Source: Phoronis australis
Taxonomy: Eukaryota > Animalia > Phoronida
NCBI GenBank assembly: GCA_002633005.1
Contig: NMRA01000075.1
Coordinates: forward strand, 948,426-1,012,425
Direction: 5' to 3'
DNA length: 64,000 nucleotides
Part shown: positions 1 through 12,795 of the stretch, piece after piece
How positions within the stretch are numbered: the stretch's first letter is position 1
How the letters are laid out: each line of letters starts with the position of its first letter
Made by a program: the position numbers and the translations under genes
The notes under the pieces: model-generated
Told to the model about the DNA's origin: nothing
The model's database searches: none
The model's input: only the letters and a program-made list of their open reading frames with translations

Positions 1-1
1 T

Positions 2-576
2 TGTACGACAGAGCCATCTCGTGGAAGATTCTAGAAAGGATCTTGGCAATGGCAAGGGTTAACGAACCGGAAGTTAACTAAGAGCTTGTCACTTGCATTG
101 TGGGTAGTAAGATACTACCTGAAGTGTTGCGTCATCAGCCAGAGACTGTGACCAGCAAGAAGAATCGCGGGTAGAAGAAATTGCCTGCAAGTGTTGAATC
201 ACCAGCGACGGTGACCAGCAAGTACACTGTCGCTATACAGTGTGTGTGTAGTTTGAAGATTCACCAACAGGACAGACATCCAACAAGTGGAGAGTCCTAG
301 CTTGGATAGCAGATAAGACATTTGATCGTTTGGTTGTTTGATAAAAGTAATCTTTAAAGAGGGCGCTAGCGTAGTTTCTCTTTGTAGTTGATTACTTAAT
401 TAACAATAGGTTTCATTTGTCTAATTTGGGGTTATCATATAATAAATTAATTACTGGATTTGATTATTCACTCTCCATCTACGCACAACTTCAAAGCATA
501 GCTACCTTTTAAACAAACCCACACAGACAATCGTCTGACACTGAGTATTAACGGTTCATCATTCTCCTGTCTTCAC
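2..576 (+). mobile_element. Possible solo LTR of an LTR retrotransposon
   Basis: Begins TGT and ends CACA, with AATAAA near 441 and a short internal direct repeat (gtgaccagcaag). The target-site duplication cannot be checked because the left flank is at the window edge. Confidence 0.35.
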
Positions 577-707
577 AAGAGGTGATGGCTCATGCCTCTA
601 CTTTGGCAGCGTGGTGTAACCATACACTATGCTTGAGCAAGTGTCTCATAGACACTGCGGGGCCGGCAATGTGAGTACAATTTTCAACACCACGCATAGG
701 TACATAT

Positions 708-1683
708 AATAAGAGCAATGCAAAGCGCTGAAATGAGCCCACGACTCCACGCAAACGGTAAGCTTCTAGGGGCGTCAATTAGTATTATCAAAATAGCTAC
801 TAGATGGTGCAGAAAACGTGGAATCTGCCATATAGAAAACTATCTGCCACATTCCATGAAAATCTATTGAAGAACTCAAAACATACACATTCCACTATAC
901 TGATCTATTGGTCTGTTGTCCAGTTAATAAGAATATACTAGCCAAATTTCACAAAGATCCAGTAAGGGGTTTAGCAGATACAATACCTGATGCAAAACAT
1001 GACAGAGCATCACAGAAGTTGGACACATTCGAAAATCAGCATCAGCTGTGCTCTTGTCAATGCAAACACATCTGACAACTTTCCTGAAGAACCTCATAGT
1101 AGTTTGGCAAATACTCAAAAGTAACACAAGTGGCCACTAGTTGGTGCCGACCATGTCAAATCCGTGGGACGGAAATGAAAAGCTGCTGCTGTTAACATTA
1201 TAGCTTTGGAAAACCTTCAACAAAAAAGATAGGAAGGGATACAGCCACAGACTCAAATAACAAAATCATCACTCAAAAGGTGTCACTGCAGTAAGACACA
1301 TAAACATAAGGTATGGCTTTCTCATCAGGAGCACATTCGCAAAGTTTCATAAAGACAGTTTAGCAGTTAAAGGCATACACCAGAAAATGAACTCACACAC
1401 AACAAAAGTGGACACTAGGTGGCACAAAAACGGCATCAACCTATTTGCCAAATGTCACGAACATTCAACAAGAGACAGTCTGAAGATACAAAGGCAAAAT
1501 TAAGAAAATTAAATTGCCAATAGAGGTCACAGCCCATTACGGTAACTGGATCTTTCTGAAATTCATCATCTGTCACCAGCTTCATAGGAGAACATCTGCC
1601 TAATTGTATTAAGACCCTGCAGTGGAGCCAGGATGGAGATGACAGCAATAGGCACCCGCACCTATATGTGGGTGCCTAAAAAT
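708..1683 (+). mobile_element. Non-autonomous Helentron/HINE-like element
   Basis: Starts aataagagcaatgcaaagcgctgaaatg (shared with copies near 5897 and 51012), has diverged internal subrepeats (gccaaatttcatgaaaat) and ends in a hairpin TAGGCACCCGCA/TGTGGGTGCCTA at 1649-1678 followed by an A tract. Confidence 0.5.
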
Positions 1684-2004
1684 GGAAAAACCTATAAAGA
1701 AAATTTTGTTTCTAATCATTTTGTTAAAAAATGAGAATGTATTTTATCAAGAAAACAATGCTCCGGTAAGACAAATAACTATATATTTTAGCTCATTCAA
1801 CTGACATCAACAACCATAAATTATCGTCAACAAAACTCACAGGAAAATGGTGATTTCACAACAGATAGAAGAATACTGTCATGAGCAACAGGTTGTAGAT
1901 TGTTGTTAAATGTTAGAGGCAGGATTACATTAAAAAGTCCAACACAATATTATTCCAAGTTAGAGAATGTCTCCTTAGTGGTGAGAAAGCCTCTTCCCAA
2001 AATC

Positions 2005-2290
2005 GATACACCAAGGCCCTGGTTGGTAGACTATTGGCCTACCAGTACACCATGTCTCTGGTTGGCAGACTATTGTCCTGCCAATACACCAAGGCCCTGT
2101 TTGGTGAACTATTGGTCTCCTAATTCACCACAGACCTGTTTGGTGGACAATTGACCTCCCAATACACCGCAGACCTGGTTGATGGACTATTGTCCTGCCA
2201 ATACACCAAGGCCCTGTTTGGCGAACTATAGGCCTCCTAATACACCATAGACCTGTTTGGCGAATAACTGGCAGTCAGTCCCACCAATAC
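2005..2290. repeat. Minisatellite of about 39 bp in the TBC1D19 3' UTR
   Basis: About 7 copies of ccaatacaccaaggccctgtttggtgaactattggtctc, directly abutting the stop codon. Confidence 0.85.
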
Positions 2291-2359
2291 TTAGCTTGAG
2301 AACAAGCTCAGCTGTATGAGAGGAACAACTTTCAGCGTTGTCAGGTCGGCCAGAACTGC
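2291..2359 (-). CDS. TBC1D19: TBC1D19 last coding exon, AVLADLTTLKVVPLIQLSLFSS*
   Basis: tttttcag|GCA ... TAA; 69 nt; matches the family C-terminus AVLADLxTLKVxPL. Confidence 0.94.
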   Translation of the reverse strand, partial: AVLADLTTLKVVPLIQLSLFSS

Positions 2360-2544
2360 CTGAAAAAATAAACATATATTTAAAATAAGTACTCTGCTTT
2401 GCAACTTTTAGCACAATTGCTTACAAATTAACTTGAATTTTAATCTTGAAAAGAAACTTTTTCTCATGCTCTTATCCCTTATTTGAATTGACATTGGATA
2501 AATATGCCTCGAATTTGTGGGTAAAGTCATACTTTTGTGGCAAC

Positions 2545-2680
2545 TGAAACCAACCCTCTCCCCTCCCACATGAAACCAACCCGTCATGAAAACAACCCGT
2601 TGAGAAACCAACCTGTCGTGAAATCAACCCGTCCTGAAACCAACTCGTAGTGAAACCAATCCACCATGAAACCAACCAGC
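2545..2680. repeat. Tandem repeat of about 16-18 bp (tgaaaccaacccgtcg)
   Basis: Repeated gaaaccaacc units in the last intron. Confidence 0.75.
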
Positions 2681-2944
2681 CATACCTAGCAACTGCAAAA
2701 ACCAGTCTGAAGCAATAACATAACAAAAGAACAAGATGAGACTCATTTCATAATGGTAAGTTGTCTAAATCAAAAGCTGCCTCCTAAAAACCCAAAAACA
2801 TTAATCACCCAACTTGAAGTACCATTCAGATTAAGACTTTGGTCTTTTTATCCACTTTCTTTTTCACTGAAGTCCCTCACGTAACAATCAGTGCTCTCCT
2901 GAACACTACCTGACCTAAACAAATTTCTCAGCCCAAACTCTCAC

Positions 2945-3015
2945 CTCAGCAGCAGAGTATGTAGTAATCTGCATCAAGTTGGACTTTCGGAATGAGAAGA
3001 TAGCAGCAGCAAGCA
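2945..3015 (-). CDS. TBC1D19: TBC1D19 exon, (V)LAAAIFSFRKSNLMQITTYSAAE
   Basis: tctttacag|TG ... GAG|gtgaga; 71 nt. Confidence 0.94.
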
Positions 3016-3538
3016 CTGTAAAGACATGAAGAAGCACATTAACCAAATAGTTAAACCGTATACATCCCAGCACAAACCAATATCCTAGCCACAAAGTTTT
3101 AGTGCCAAAGGATCAAGTAGGAACAATGCATGCCATCATGGGGCAGTGAAAACAAGAACGGGAGAGAATGTGACCATCAGGAAACTCTGTGAACCTTGGC
3201 CACCAGCTCACAGCTGACGGTTTGCAGCCCTTTTTATTTCATTTGTCATGCATGGTCTGCAGATAATTATTCACTGATCGTTGCATGACATCCAAATACT
3301 TCTAAATGACGACTAATGGGTACCAAAACAAGGTAACTCTGGCAGCAGTAAATATGGGTCACATGTTAGCCGATGAAAACTGAAGCTAATAAAAATGCAT
3401 GTGTTGCTTTTCGTGCAGTGAAACTATGAATGAATAAACAGGTCATCTTCATATGAACTTGAAAAGCAAGAACACGGGATATGATGATCTTGTCTGTGGA
3501 ATATTGATGCAAGACTTTGAACCTGGGTAACAATGTCA

Positions 3539-3785
3539 GGGGCCTGTGTCATGAAAAATGACTTAAAGACAGAAGTTCACTCTCCCACTACACAATTGCT
3601 GAAGAAAGCATTTGTCATGAAATTATGAGCACATCAGTCTAGAAATAATTTACTGACATTATCTCAATATATTCTCAGAGACTGTAGTTTGGTCAAATGA
3701 GATTCAATTATTTTTCTGAAATCGTGGTGTGGAGCATTAGACCAAATTTCTGACTAAAGTCAAGTCATTTTTCATGAAACAGACC
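3539..3785. mobile_element. PIF/Harbinger-like MITE
   Basis: Imperfect terminal inverted repeats ggggcctgtgtcatgaaaaatgactt ... aagtcatttttcatgaaacagacc, flanked by CAG on both sides. Confidence 0.55.
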
Positions 3786-3937
3786 AGTGGAGTTGAAACG
3801 TAGATGTAAGGAAATGTCGGTAAATATTTAACAATAAAATATGTCCCAACTGCAAACTAGTCCAGACTAACTCTGATGCGAAAGCAGCTATAAAGCCACA
3901 GAGCCTTCCTACTGCTTAAAGACTTTAATGTCCTTAC

Positions 3938-4053
3938 CTGACAAGATTTCTAGAGAGTCATAGGCCAGGACTCTGTCCCAGAGCAACAATACCTGGTCAC
4001 TGGCCAAGTAGCCGGAGAAGGCACGGATCAACCATTTAAAAGAGATTTTCAGA
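3938..4053 (-). CDS. TBC1D19: TBC1D19 exon, (P)LKISFKWLIRAFSGYLASDQVLLLWDRVLAYDSLEILS(V)
   Basis: catttcag|T ... CAG|gtaagg; 116 nt; TBC C-terminal LLWD motif. Confidence 0.96.
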
Positions 4054-4079
4054 CTGAAATGTAGCAAATAAACAGTCTG

Positions 4080-4335
4080 TTAGCAAGAGATGATCATCAG
4101 CACACAGTTATAACTAGCTGGTGTTGAAACAGGTAAAAACAATAACCATAGCCACACAGTTACAACAAGCTGGTGTTGACACAAATAAAAACAATGATCA
4201 TAACCACACAGTTATAACAAGCTGGTGTTAACACAAATAAAAACAATGATCATAACCACACAGTTATAACTAGCTGGTGCTGACACAAAGAAACAAAAAA
4301 TCATCATAACCATGCAGTCAGGATTAGCTGGTAAA
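4080..4335. repeat. Minisatellite of about 60 bp
   Basis: 4-5 copies of cacacagttataacaagctggtgttgacacaaataaaaacaatgatcataac. Confidence 0.85.
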
Positions 4336-4628
4336 GCTCTACAGTATAATGAGTGAAGTGGAGAGACAGAATGCTGTTGAAATTTAACGGTACAGAGCTC
4401 TTTGGATTCTGCAAATTGGTTAAACTGCCAATTCAAGCAGACAAAACAAGGGCAGAGAGTGCTGTTATTAGAGATGCTTCAACTAGTCCACAGTAGAAAG
4501 TGATTTGCTACAATCATCACAGACAAGGTACAAACTAACAGGCTCACCACAAAGCAATTCATCACTGAAAATTTAATATGTTAAAAATCTCTAGGAAAAT
4601 CTTTATTTCTTACAGTCGATCAACTTAC

Positions 4629-4720
4629 GGAGGGGCATTGATGGATTTGAGATGGTAAAACAGCTGAGGCTCATTGGTCTGTAGTAGTGTCTCAAACAGC
4701 AAACACAAGGAGACAATACC
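4629..4720 (-). CDS. TBC1D19: TBC1D19 exon, GIVSLCLLFETLLQTNEPQLFYHLKSINAP(P)
   Basis: ttttccag|GGT ... CC|gtaagt; 92 nt. Confidence 0.95.
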
Positions 4721-4729
4721 CTGGAAAAT

Positions 4730-5360
4730 GAAGGCATAGACATATTATAATTACCTCTTTTGACTTGTGAGGCAGTTATAACCATAAGATCAAGGCATGA
4801 AAATATAACACCATTCGTATCACATCTTTTCACAGTCAAGGTCATAACATCAAGGCATGTAAATATTACCTCTTTTGTCTTTTGAGGCAGTCATAACCAG
4901 ACGATCAGGGCTTGAAAATATTACACCATTCTTGTTACCGAGATTTTCCGTACATAAGCCCATGGGCGTTTATTCGGAAAAGGGGGCATGTAAACGGAAA
5001 GTCATAGGTTTCACGACTTTGACATTTTTTACTTAAAAATAAGTTTTTATATTTTGTATTAATAAATGCATAGTTCGCTAGCACTTTGTTCGTTGCTCCA
5101 CATAACTGAATTTCTGACTAAAAGTTGACGCTTAGTAGGCTTTTAAGAGGAAATTTTCCGAATAAATGCCCCACTATCTGGACACTTGACACCAGAAGTT
5201 GTAACACCAAATAAACGGCCATGGGCGTTTTATCGGGTGGGCTTATCTACGGAAAACCCCGGTACCTCTTTTGAGTGTGAGGTAGTCATAACCATAAGAT
5301 CAAGGCATGAAAATGCTACTCTTCTTATCACATCTTTTGACTTGTAGGGTAGTCGTGACC
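4730..5360. repeat. Diverged tandem repeat interrupted by a MITE
   Basis: Units acctcttttgacttgtgaggcagtcataaccataagatcaaggcatgaaaat occur on both sides of the 4938-5262 insertion. Confidence 0.65.
4938..5262. mobile_element. Tc1/mariner (pogo/Tigger-like) MITE with TA target-site duplication
   Basis: TA|ccgagattttccgtacataagccca ... gggcttatctacggaaaaccccgg|TA inverted termini. Confidence 0.75.
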
Positions 5361-5896
5361 ATCAGTTATCACTACTTATTCAAATTCATTGGGATGCCTA
5401 AGTCACATATCATTCAATACTAGACCAATAACGTCAACTTAGTTCAAACCCGACGTTCAGATTAATCAGGCAATGTTTTATCGGATCAGTAGTAACAACT
5501 GATTTTTGTTGCTGATACCCAACTAGCGCTCTTGATAATTCCCAAACTGTTGGCCAAAATGACCATTTACCTGCTGCTGACTCATCAAATTAGCTTCAGA
5601 AGCAAAATGTGATTGAGACATTAGAGAGTTTTGAGATATGAAGTCACCAAGATGTAATGTGTTGGCAAATGTCACAATATGAATGTAGCAAGATTACCTT
5701 ACAAACATTTTTTTAATTGCTTTTCAAATAAAAGTACTTATTTGTTCGACACAAAAATAAAAGTTAAAAATAAAATAAGACACCTTGAGACAACCATATG
5801 CATTGAAGCATAACTCCAATACTGTAATGAAAGGTTAGGCTTTGCACTACCAAATCACATGATGGGCAGCCATGGGAGTGTTAAGTAAACTCAAAC

Positions 5897-6900
5897 CAAT
5901 ACAAGAGCAATGTGGAGCAGTGAAATGTGCCCACAATAGCACTGCAAATGGTGTGCCTCTATGTGACTTTGTTTTTAGTATCGTAAAAAAGGCCATTAGA
6001 CAGCCCAGAATGCGCAAAACCCATCCGAATTGAGAAGGTGGCGTCCCCTCTGTAAAACACAACTATTTGCCAAACTTCATGAAAATAAACCAAGGAATTC
6101 CAAAGATATACAGTCAAACGTAAAATACAATTGACATTAGGGGAAACACCTAATGAAAGACGCCCATCTGACAAATCTCACAAAAATCCTAAAGGCTAAG
6201 CAGGTACAGCCAAAGATGCAAAAAAGCAACATTGCCCCTAAGGGCCACCAGAATTGTTAAAAAAAAACATCCAAAATTCAGCGTCAGCCGGGGTCTTCGC
6301 ATCAGGAACACAACCACCAATTTTTATTTTATTGTCCTTTGAGTGGTTTGGTAAATAGAGAGGCAGACGTCAAAACATACCCAAAAATTTTTAAATGGCC
6401 ACCAGGTTGCACAGAAAACATCAAATCTGGAAGTGGGAAGGCATTGCCATCTCCTTAATTTGCTGAATTTCATGAAAATACAATCATAAACTCAAAAGAT
6501 ACAGAGGTAAACGTAAAAAAATTGCTTCTAGGGGCACAGTGGTATTTGGATTAGTTTGAAATTTGTTATCATTTGTCATCGGCTCCATAGGAACACATCT
6601 TTCAAATCTCACAAGCTCATTCAAAGGGTTAAAGACATTCTGCCTCAGACACAAAAAATCACCACTAGGAGACAAAACACTAGTCGGACCCATCCACAGT
6701 CAACTTCAGTCGTGGCCTTCACATCTGCAACACATCTGTAAATTTTTATGATCCTTTGTGCGATATGGTAAATAGAGGCAGTCGCCAGAAGATGGATGCA
6801 AAAATAACAAAATTTCATAGAAACCATCTAAAAATGGAATGGCATAATTGCCTCTGTTCTAAAACTTATCTGCCAAATTTCATGAAATAAAAATGTAAAT
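5897..6900 (+). mobile_element. Helentron/HINE-like repeat, same family as 708-1683
   Basis: Head aatacaagagcaatgtggagcagtgaaatg and recurring gccaaatttcatgaaaat subrepeats. Confidence 0.45.
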
Positions 6901-7282
6901 ATGTGGGCACACAACAAAAGAAAAACTGTTTGGTTTGTGGCCAAATGTCCAGCACACAGTTACGTAATGTGGCAATTTGAAGGTTTTATAAAGACAAGAT
7001 CATAGCCGGTGTTGCACCAATTTGTTCATATGTCAGTTTACTTAGAACTAAGTGCCAGTTAAGCCATGAAAAATACAGACCTGTTCACACAATCACAAAT
7101 TGTTACAAAAAACAATTTTCAGGATCTTGAACTTCATCAGCAGGCTTCACCCAGCCAGGGTCACGATTTAGACTGACAGCTGTCAAGATGTGAGACAGAC
7201 TAAGCAAGATGAGTGGTGCTGCTCTGACCACTCAAGATCTTTCCTTATTTACACATAGGTTGCCTGTCTAGTCAAAGCTTAC

Positions 7283-7392
7283 CTGTGGATTTGAAGATAT
7301 GGTATGCAGCTTGCACAAATGTCTGGTGTAGAGTTCTCTGAATACATGATAAAGCAATACCACATCATTGTATACATAGCACAGAGGAACCA
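7283..7392 (-). CDS. TBC1D19: TBC1D19 exon, (V)VPLCYVYNDVVLLYHVFRELYTRHLCKLHTISSNPQ
   Basis: cctttgcag|TG ... CAG|gtaagc; 110 nt; found by manual translation (absent from the ORF track). Confidence 0.94.
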
Positions 7393-7522
7393 CTGCAAAG
7401 GAAATAACCAATAGATACCTTTAATTATTTTGTCATACCTGACAATAGCCAGCCAGCAAGCTGTATGAAGACTATCACCAAAATACAGCTAGGTACCACT
7501 GTGTGTTAATCTTCCATAGACC

Positions 7523-7803
7523 CCGAAATTGCACACAGCCAGGGTAGTTCTGCTCGCCACATCGCTGTGAAACTTGTATCAACATATAAAGCTAAAGACC
7601 GTATGGGGTGCATGCAAAATCTGGGAATCAACCGACACTTACTTCACCCGCTACAGCTGTTTAAGTGAAAAACAATGCAATACACTTCATTTTCTTGCGT
7701 AACTCTCCCCACCTTTTGTAACAATGAAAAGTATATCATCGTTTTGAAAACTACGTACGCTTGTGTCATGCGCACATGCCATTTACTAAAATTTCGCGAC
7801 AAT
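7523..7803 (+). mobile_element. Left long inverted repeat of a non-autonomous DNA transposon
   Basis: Reverse complement of 10897-11166, with shared blocks gtgaaacttgtatcaacat, ctgggaatcaac, gtttaagtgaaaaac and gttttgaaaact. Confidence 0.65.
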
Positions 7804-8229
7804 CGCAGCAGTAAAAAATTTGTTGTGAAATTCGGTTTATCAAAATGCTAAAAACGTGTAACGAAATAAAACCAGTTCCAAAATTTGTGGTGACATGTAC
7901 GCAACCTCATGGAAGAAGAACAGTTGAATGAAGAATCGCCGAAACAAGAAAATGGCCAATAGGTGACGCAATATTTCATGGCGCCGAAAGCCAACGCATA
8001 AGATCGCTCCACAACTTTAGCTGCAGATTAACGATAGACCGCCAATTTTTCCAACACCAGTAAATAATTTAGTTAACTCAAGGAAGGGTGTAGTTTTTAA
8101 TGACACTAAATTTGTATTAGATTTTATCTGGTCATTTTTACCCACATCAGTGCAAAGCTGCACGTATATTTAGTATTATACAGCTTTGTACTACGGCTAA
8201 CCTGACAAAAACTGACTGACAAATTTTAC

Positions 8230-10840
8230 ACTATACATACAGTTAGTGGAGATCAGGACTGATCACCATTCCAAGCATGTATAGGCTGTTCACTGTGTGG
8301 AAATTATAGGGAGAGGCAAACAGGAAACACAACCAATATCAGTAACAGCAAAACAAAGACTATATTGGAGAAAACAAAATGCATATACAGGACTGAGGTC
8401 AACGGTCAATATAACAATTCACATCCCCCTGGCGAAACCGAAAATATAACACCAGTCTAAACTGACAGTTCAAGAGGATATAATTTACTCAATGCTCAAG
8501 TTGAGTCCCAACCACCAATCTAAAGACCACTGTTACTGCTCTTATATTGCTAACCCTACCCAGTAAACGTCTAATTTTAATTAATGTTCATGTAGACGTC
8601 CCCTACGAGATTTACTCTAGCGAATAATGTTCGTATCACCATAAGTATCGCTATCATCTTCAACATTCTGCAAATGGCACTGAAATACTCATGTCCCAAA
8701 ATAAAGCTGAAGGAGAGAGTGGGCATAAGTCATCCATACCTCCAGATGCACAAGTTCATGGTCTTACCATTTAGACAGCTTGAACTTCTTTCACAACCGT
8801 GCGCCTTTCCTCAAGGGAAATTAAACTGCGCCACAATATTTTCTTCACCACACTGAGTTTTCAAAACACCAATAAGCAGTGTTCCCAGGTTCCGCCCCAA
8901 CAAGGACTTTTCACAGGAATACACCAAAAACTGATACGATTACGCACTAAATAATCACTAACTTCGTTAGATAAAACACACAGCAACAATGATTTCACTT
9001 CATCTGATGCACTCCTGAAATTAGATGCATTATTTGAGAGACACATTTCTGGCACTGAACATACACTACAATGCCGTCTGAATGCCTGCAGAAAAGCAGT
9101 GGCACTCAAATTACTAACAACTTGCAGGTTAAATAGCACTTGTACTCAGGCAGGTAAACAAGCAAATATACCTTGTCCTGGTAGCTTTGGTGCCCATAGT
9201 TTCCTTAACGAGTAAGTGTCCAGTAAAGTCAATAGCCACAAACTTATAAGGGTGAGAACTATCAGTGCCAACCTCGGGCAGATCCGGACTACTGGGTAAC
9301 ACAAAAGGCGTTTCCGTAACTTTTTTACACATGGCACACTTTTGTAGCACTCTGCGAAATTAATCCATACCCGACAGTATCCACAACACTTTCCGCACTT
9401 CAACAATGGTTGAACCTGTGCCTGAATGTAACACATGAGAGTATGCTCGCTTAATCACAAGATCAGTAAACCAACGTTTCTTGGGTAACAGTAATGGCAA
9501 GTGATCACTCCTTCCTAATGGTACGCCATTCTTGTTGATAAACATGTGAAATTGTCGCCACGCCACGAGAGGACTTGTCACCACAGTTTTTCAGCAACAT
9601 GTCAACTTCATGTCCAAACTCTATTGTGATTTTATCCAAATGGTTTCAGCATTTGAGATCTCAAACCGTTATCGGACTTACTGACAGAAGAAATCCCACA
9701 AAATCTCATCAGGTAAACAGTTCTACACAGTAAACCTCACTATGTTGCCTTAAATAGAGAACTTCTGGCTATACACAAATCAACAGGCTGCGGGGGCCAC
9801 CTCAGCTGCAAAAGAGTGGGACAGAATATAGACATCTTGTTTCCATGGCGACCACCTCCAGTCCGACCAACTTGAGTCCGACCAACTCAAGTCACGACTC
9901 AACAACGACGGACATTAACGCCAGAGAGTGGATGTTTCCAATACTCAACTGAACACCCCCTAGTGACTAAGTCAGCAGAGTTATCAATCGTAAGCACATG
10001 ACGCCAACTTCGGGTCAGTTAACTTCTTAATTGTCTCTACCTTACCAATAGTGGGTTGCTTGAGACATTTGTCAGAATTCAACCAGTACAAACTAACGTC
10101 TGAACAGTCCACAAAAACAGCTGAATGTAAGGATAGTCTTTCGACAACAAATCTAGCACGTAGTAACTGAATATTTCGCACTAAGGCCCATGGCAACCAA
10201 TTCCAACTTAATGTAGATTTGCATTTGGAGCTGACTAACTTACTCTTAGAACTGATGAGCATCACATTCTGCCCTATTTAATATACAACACTGTTCTGAG
10301 GGCCAGTAGCATCACTAAATGTGTGTAACTGAACAGGTTTGCTTTTGTTCACATTGTAGAAATGTGGGAATTCCAACTCTGAAATGCACTCCAACTCTGA
10401 TGCAATAGCGCTCCACTTGCTAGATTTGTCATTTTGGCAATTCAGAGCCAAATTAATTGCTGCCATAACTGAGATATGAAAGAAGTGACTTTACAGTTGT
10501 AACAGGCCAAGATAGACCTAATGGGTCAAAAACACATGGGGCTTGCAGACAAAACAGTACACAATGATTCACAAGGGGTAATAAAACAATTATCTTCTCA
10601 GCTGGGATCATAAACATGTTGTTAGGCCATGTTAACTTACACAGTCCAACTGGGACAGTTGTGTGATTAAGAGCAGGTATCACAAAGAACTGCTGTCACT
10701 AACGTTGCACCTGAATTTCAAAAGGTACATTTTATGTGAGGGACACCCATGAATTACAATGGACCGAAAAATATGAGATCAATACCAGGACTATAGCTAC
10801 CTCCTCCAAGCCCAAAATGATTGTTGAACTATTACTTCTC
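8230..10840 (-). mobile_element. Decayed BEL/Pao LTR retrotransposon (RNase H and integrase remnants, PPT, 3' LTR)
   Basis: Frameshifted minus-strand fragments FDPLG..PVT, LHTFSDA..VVY, H.G..STI.EVR..WI, CxxC, AIDFTG..YICLFTCLST.AI, FLQAFRR..SNNASNF and IP.KSP.WGG.WE are typical of BEL/Pao pol. A polypurine tract AGGGGGA (8430-8424) is followed by TG at 8423. Confidence 0.88.
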
Positions 10841-10896
10841 TACCTCAGATGTCCTCTATCAGTATTGCTGATGTGAAGTTGACATCAGCTCCCAAG

Positions 10897-11166
10897 AGAT
10901 ATCGCAAAATTTTAGGAAATGACGCGTGTGCGTGTCAGGAGCAAAGTTTTCAAAACGACAACAGACTTTTCTTAGTTACAAAAGGCCAAAATTACGCAAA
11001 AATGATGTTTATTAGATCGTTTTTTCACTTAAACGGCTGTAATGGGCAAGGTGAGTCAGTTGATTCCCAGAGTCTAAATGCACGCCCGCCGGTTTTAGCT
11101 CTACATGTTGATATAAGTTTCACAACGAGGTGACAAGCTGAGCTACCCAGGTTGTGTGAAATTTCA
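10897..11166 (-). mobile_element. Right long inverted repeat, partner of 7523-7803
   Basis: Direct reverse-complement similarity read from the sequence. Confidence 0.65.
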
Positions 11167-12060
11167 TTGTCTAACAAAGCTCAACACACAGCTACTTAGC
11201 CGTAAGTTGACGATAGTCTTCCTACTGCTTGCTGGCTTTCTAAGTAGTATGTATATTTATGATACGACTTTTGTAAATATTTGTAAATACATTATATTCT
11301 TTGAGTACAGCACTTTAAATGCTTCCTTACTTTTCACTAGATAACTAGCCGATTACCATATATTATGTCACGGCAGGGTCAAATGTTCATGAAAGAAAAA
11401 ATAATTGTACTGCCTCGCAAAGAATATCCCCCAACTGCACACCCTGCCTAAATCTGGCAGAAATTCTGACTGAAGCTTTAAAATAAAATGGTCACTTCAA
11501 GAAATGTTCCTGTCTCTTGCGATGAACACTTAAGGCCCATTTGAAGGTGTAACTATTTCCCCTCGTCATTTCCCAATAGCTGCTACCTGAGCGTAATCAT
11601 GGATAACGCCTTGTAATCAGTTTAATACAAGTTAACTGAAGAATCCTTTACTAACGAAAATAAACGAAGAATATGGTTTTCAAGCAAAAGGCCCCATGAC
11701 AAACATCCAGTGAATATCTGAAATAGTCCCACCAATTAAACCGTCAATTATGTTGTAGGTAAAGCAATTAGTTAACACAACTGGACAAGTATGTGACACA
11801 TTTGCGGTAATTTCCTATAACAAGCTCACTAATTAACAAGAGAAAATAGCGGGCTTGGAGTCAGGTGATATTAACACTTGCGCAGTCACACATCTCAGAG
11901 CAGTTATTTGCATTGATTACAACCACGTTTTGATATCACTGAACGTCTTGTGCTATACAGACATAAAGTGTTCTTTCCAGAGACTTTGGGATAAGGTAAC
12001 TATGTTGTTTTCATTCAGGTTAATTCTCAAATCCCTAAATATGAGTTTGTTCCCTGTTCA

Positions 12061-12311
12061 GAGGCCTGTTCCAAAAAACCAACTTAAAATTGTTTTTTAC
12101 TTAAGTCTGAGATTTGTCTCAACCTCCAAACTTTGAAACTTCCACATCCGGTGAAATTAGATCACATTTAAGACAAAGCTTAAGTTAGAAAATGAAGTCA
12201 AACTTACTAAATATTCTCTTGGAATGGACTTAGACAAACTTAAGTTTAATCTTAAAATTGACTAAAGTTTCAGATATGTCATAGCTAAGTCGGTTTTCTT
12301 GGAGCGGACCC
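12061..12311. mobile_element. PIF/Harbinger-like MITE
   Basis: Inverted ends gaggcctgttccaaaaaaccaactta ... taagtcggttttcttggagcggacccc, with CAG flanks. Confidence 0.5.
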
Positions 12312-12710
12312 CAGACTTGTATTTTAAACGTTAGCTTTAGCAAATTTATTTGCAGGCTGTTCATAGTCTATGAATAAACGTTTTTCATAAGATAAACTGC
12401 CGAGAAAACATAACATAAAGCTTTGACAACTACTGAACATTAGCAGCTTTGAAAACTTTAAACAAAGCAATGAAAGGTCTTAGATAAATGGCAGTCACCT
12501 GAGTAAAGTTGATTGTACGACATTTTGAGGTATGAACTCAGATTTTTCAGTCATTGAGGATAGAAAAAAGACATACACTTGGGTTAAACATGACCGTTTA
12601 TTTGACAAAACATGAAAGGACTTTGCGAAGGCTGACAATTCCCCTATTTGTGACTATACAAAGCATTCTTGCACAAAACACAAAAAACTGGTGGCTGAGA
12701 ATCTGATGAA

Positions 12711-12795
12711 GGCAGTGTGGCCTAAGGTCGTGGGTTGGAGTCCCCTTGAGGCACACTGCTAGACCCTTGAGTCAGGTCTCTAGCCCCTCAGCTCA
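12711..12795 (+). mobile_element. Degenerate tRNA-derived SINE head
   Basis: A-box-like tggcctaagg and B-box-like gggttggagtccc, followed by the cccttgagtcagg core seen in SINEs; no complete tRNA cloverleaf. Confidence 0.35.

Noticed and set aside
1900-2154. 84-aa Pro-rich repetitive ORF
   Set aside because: It is the antisense translation of the 39-bp 3' UTR minisatellite.
12711-12795. Possible tRNA gene
   Set aside because: Only degenerate A/B boxes and no cloverleaf; better explained as a SINE relic.
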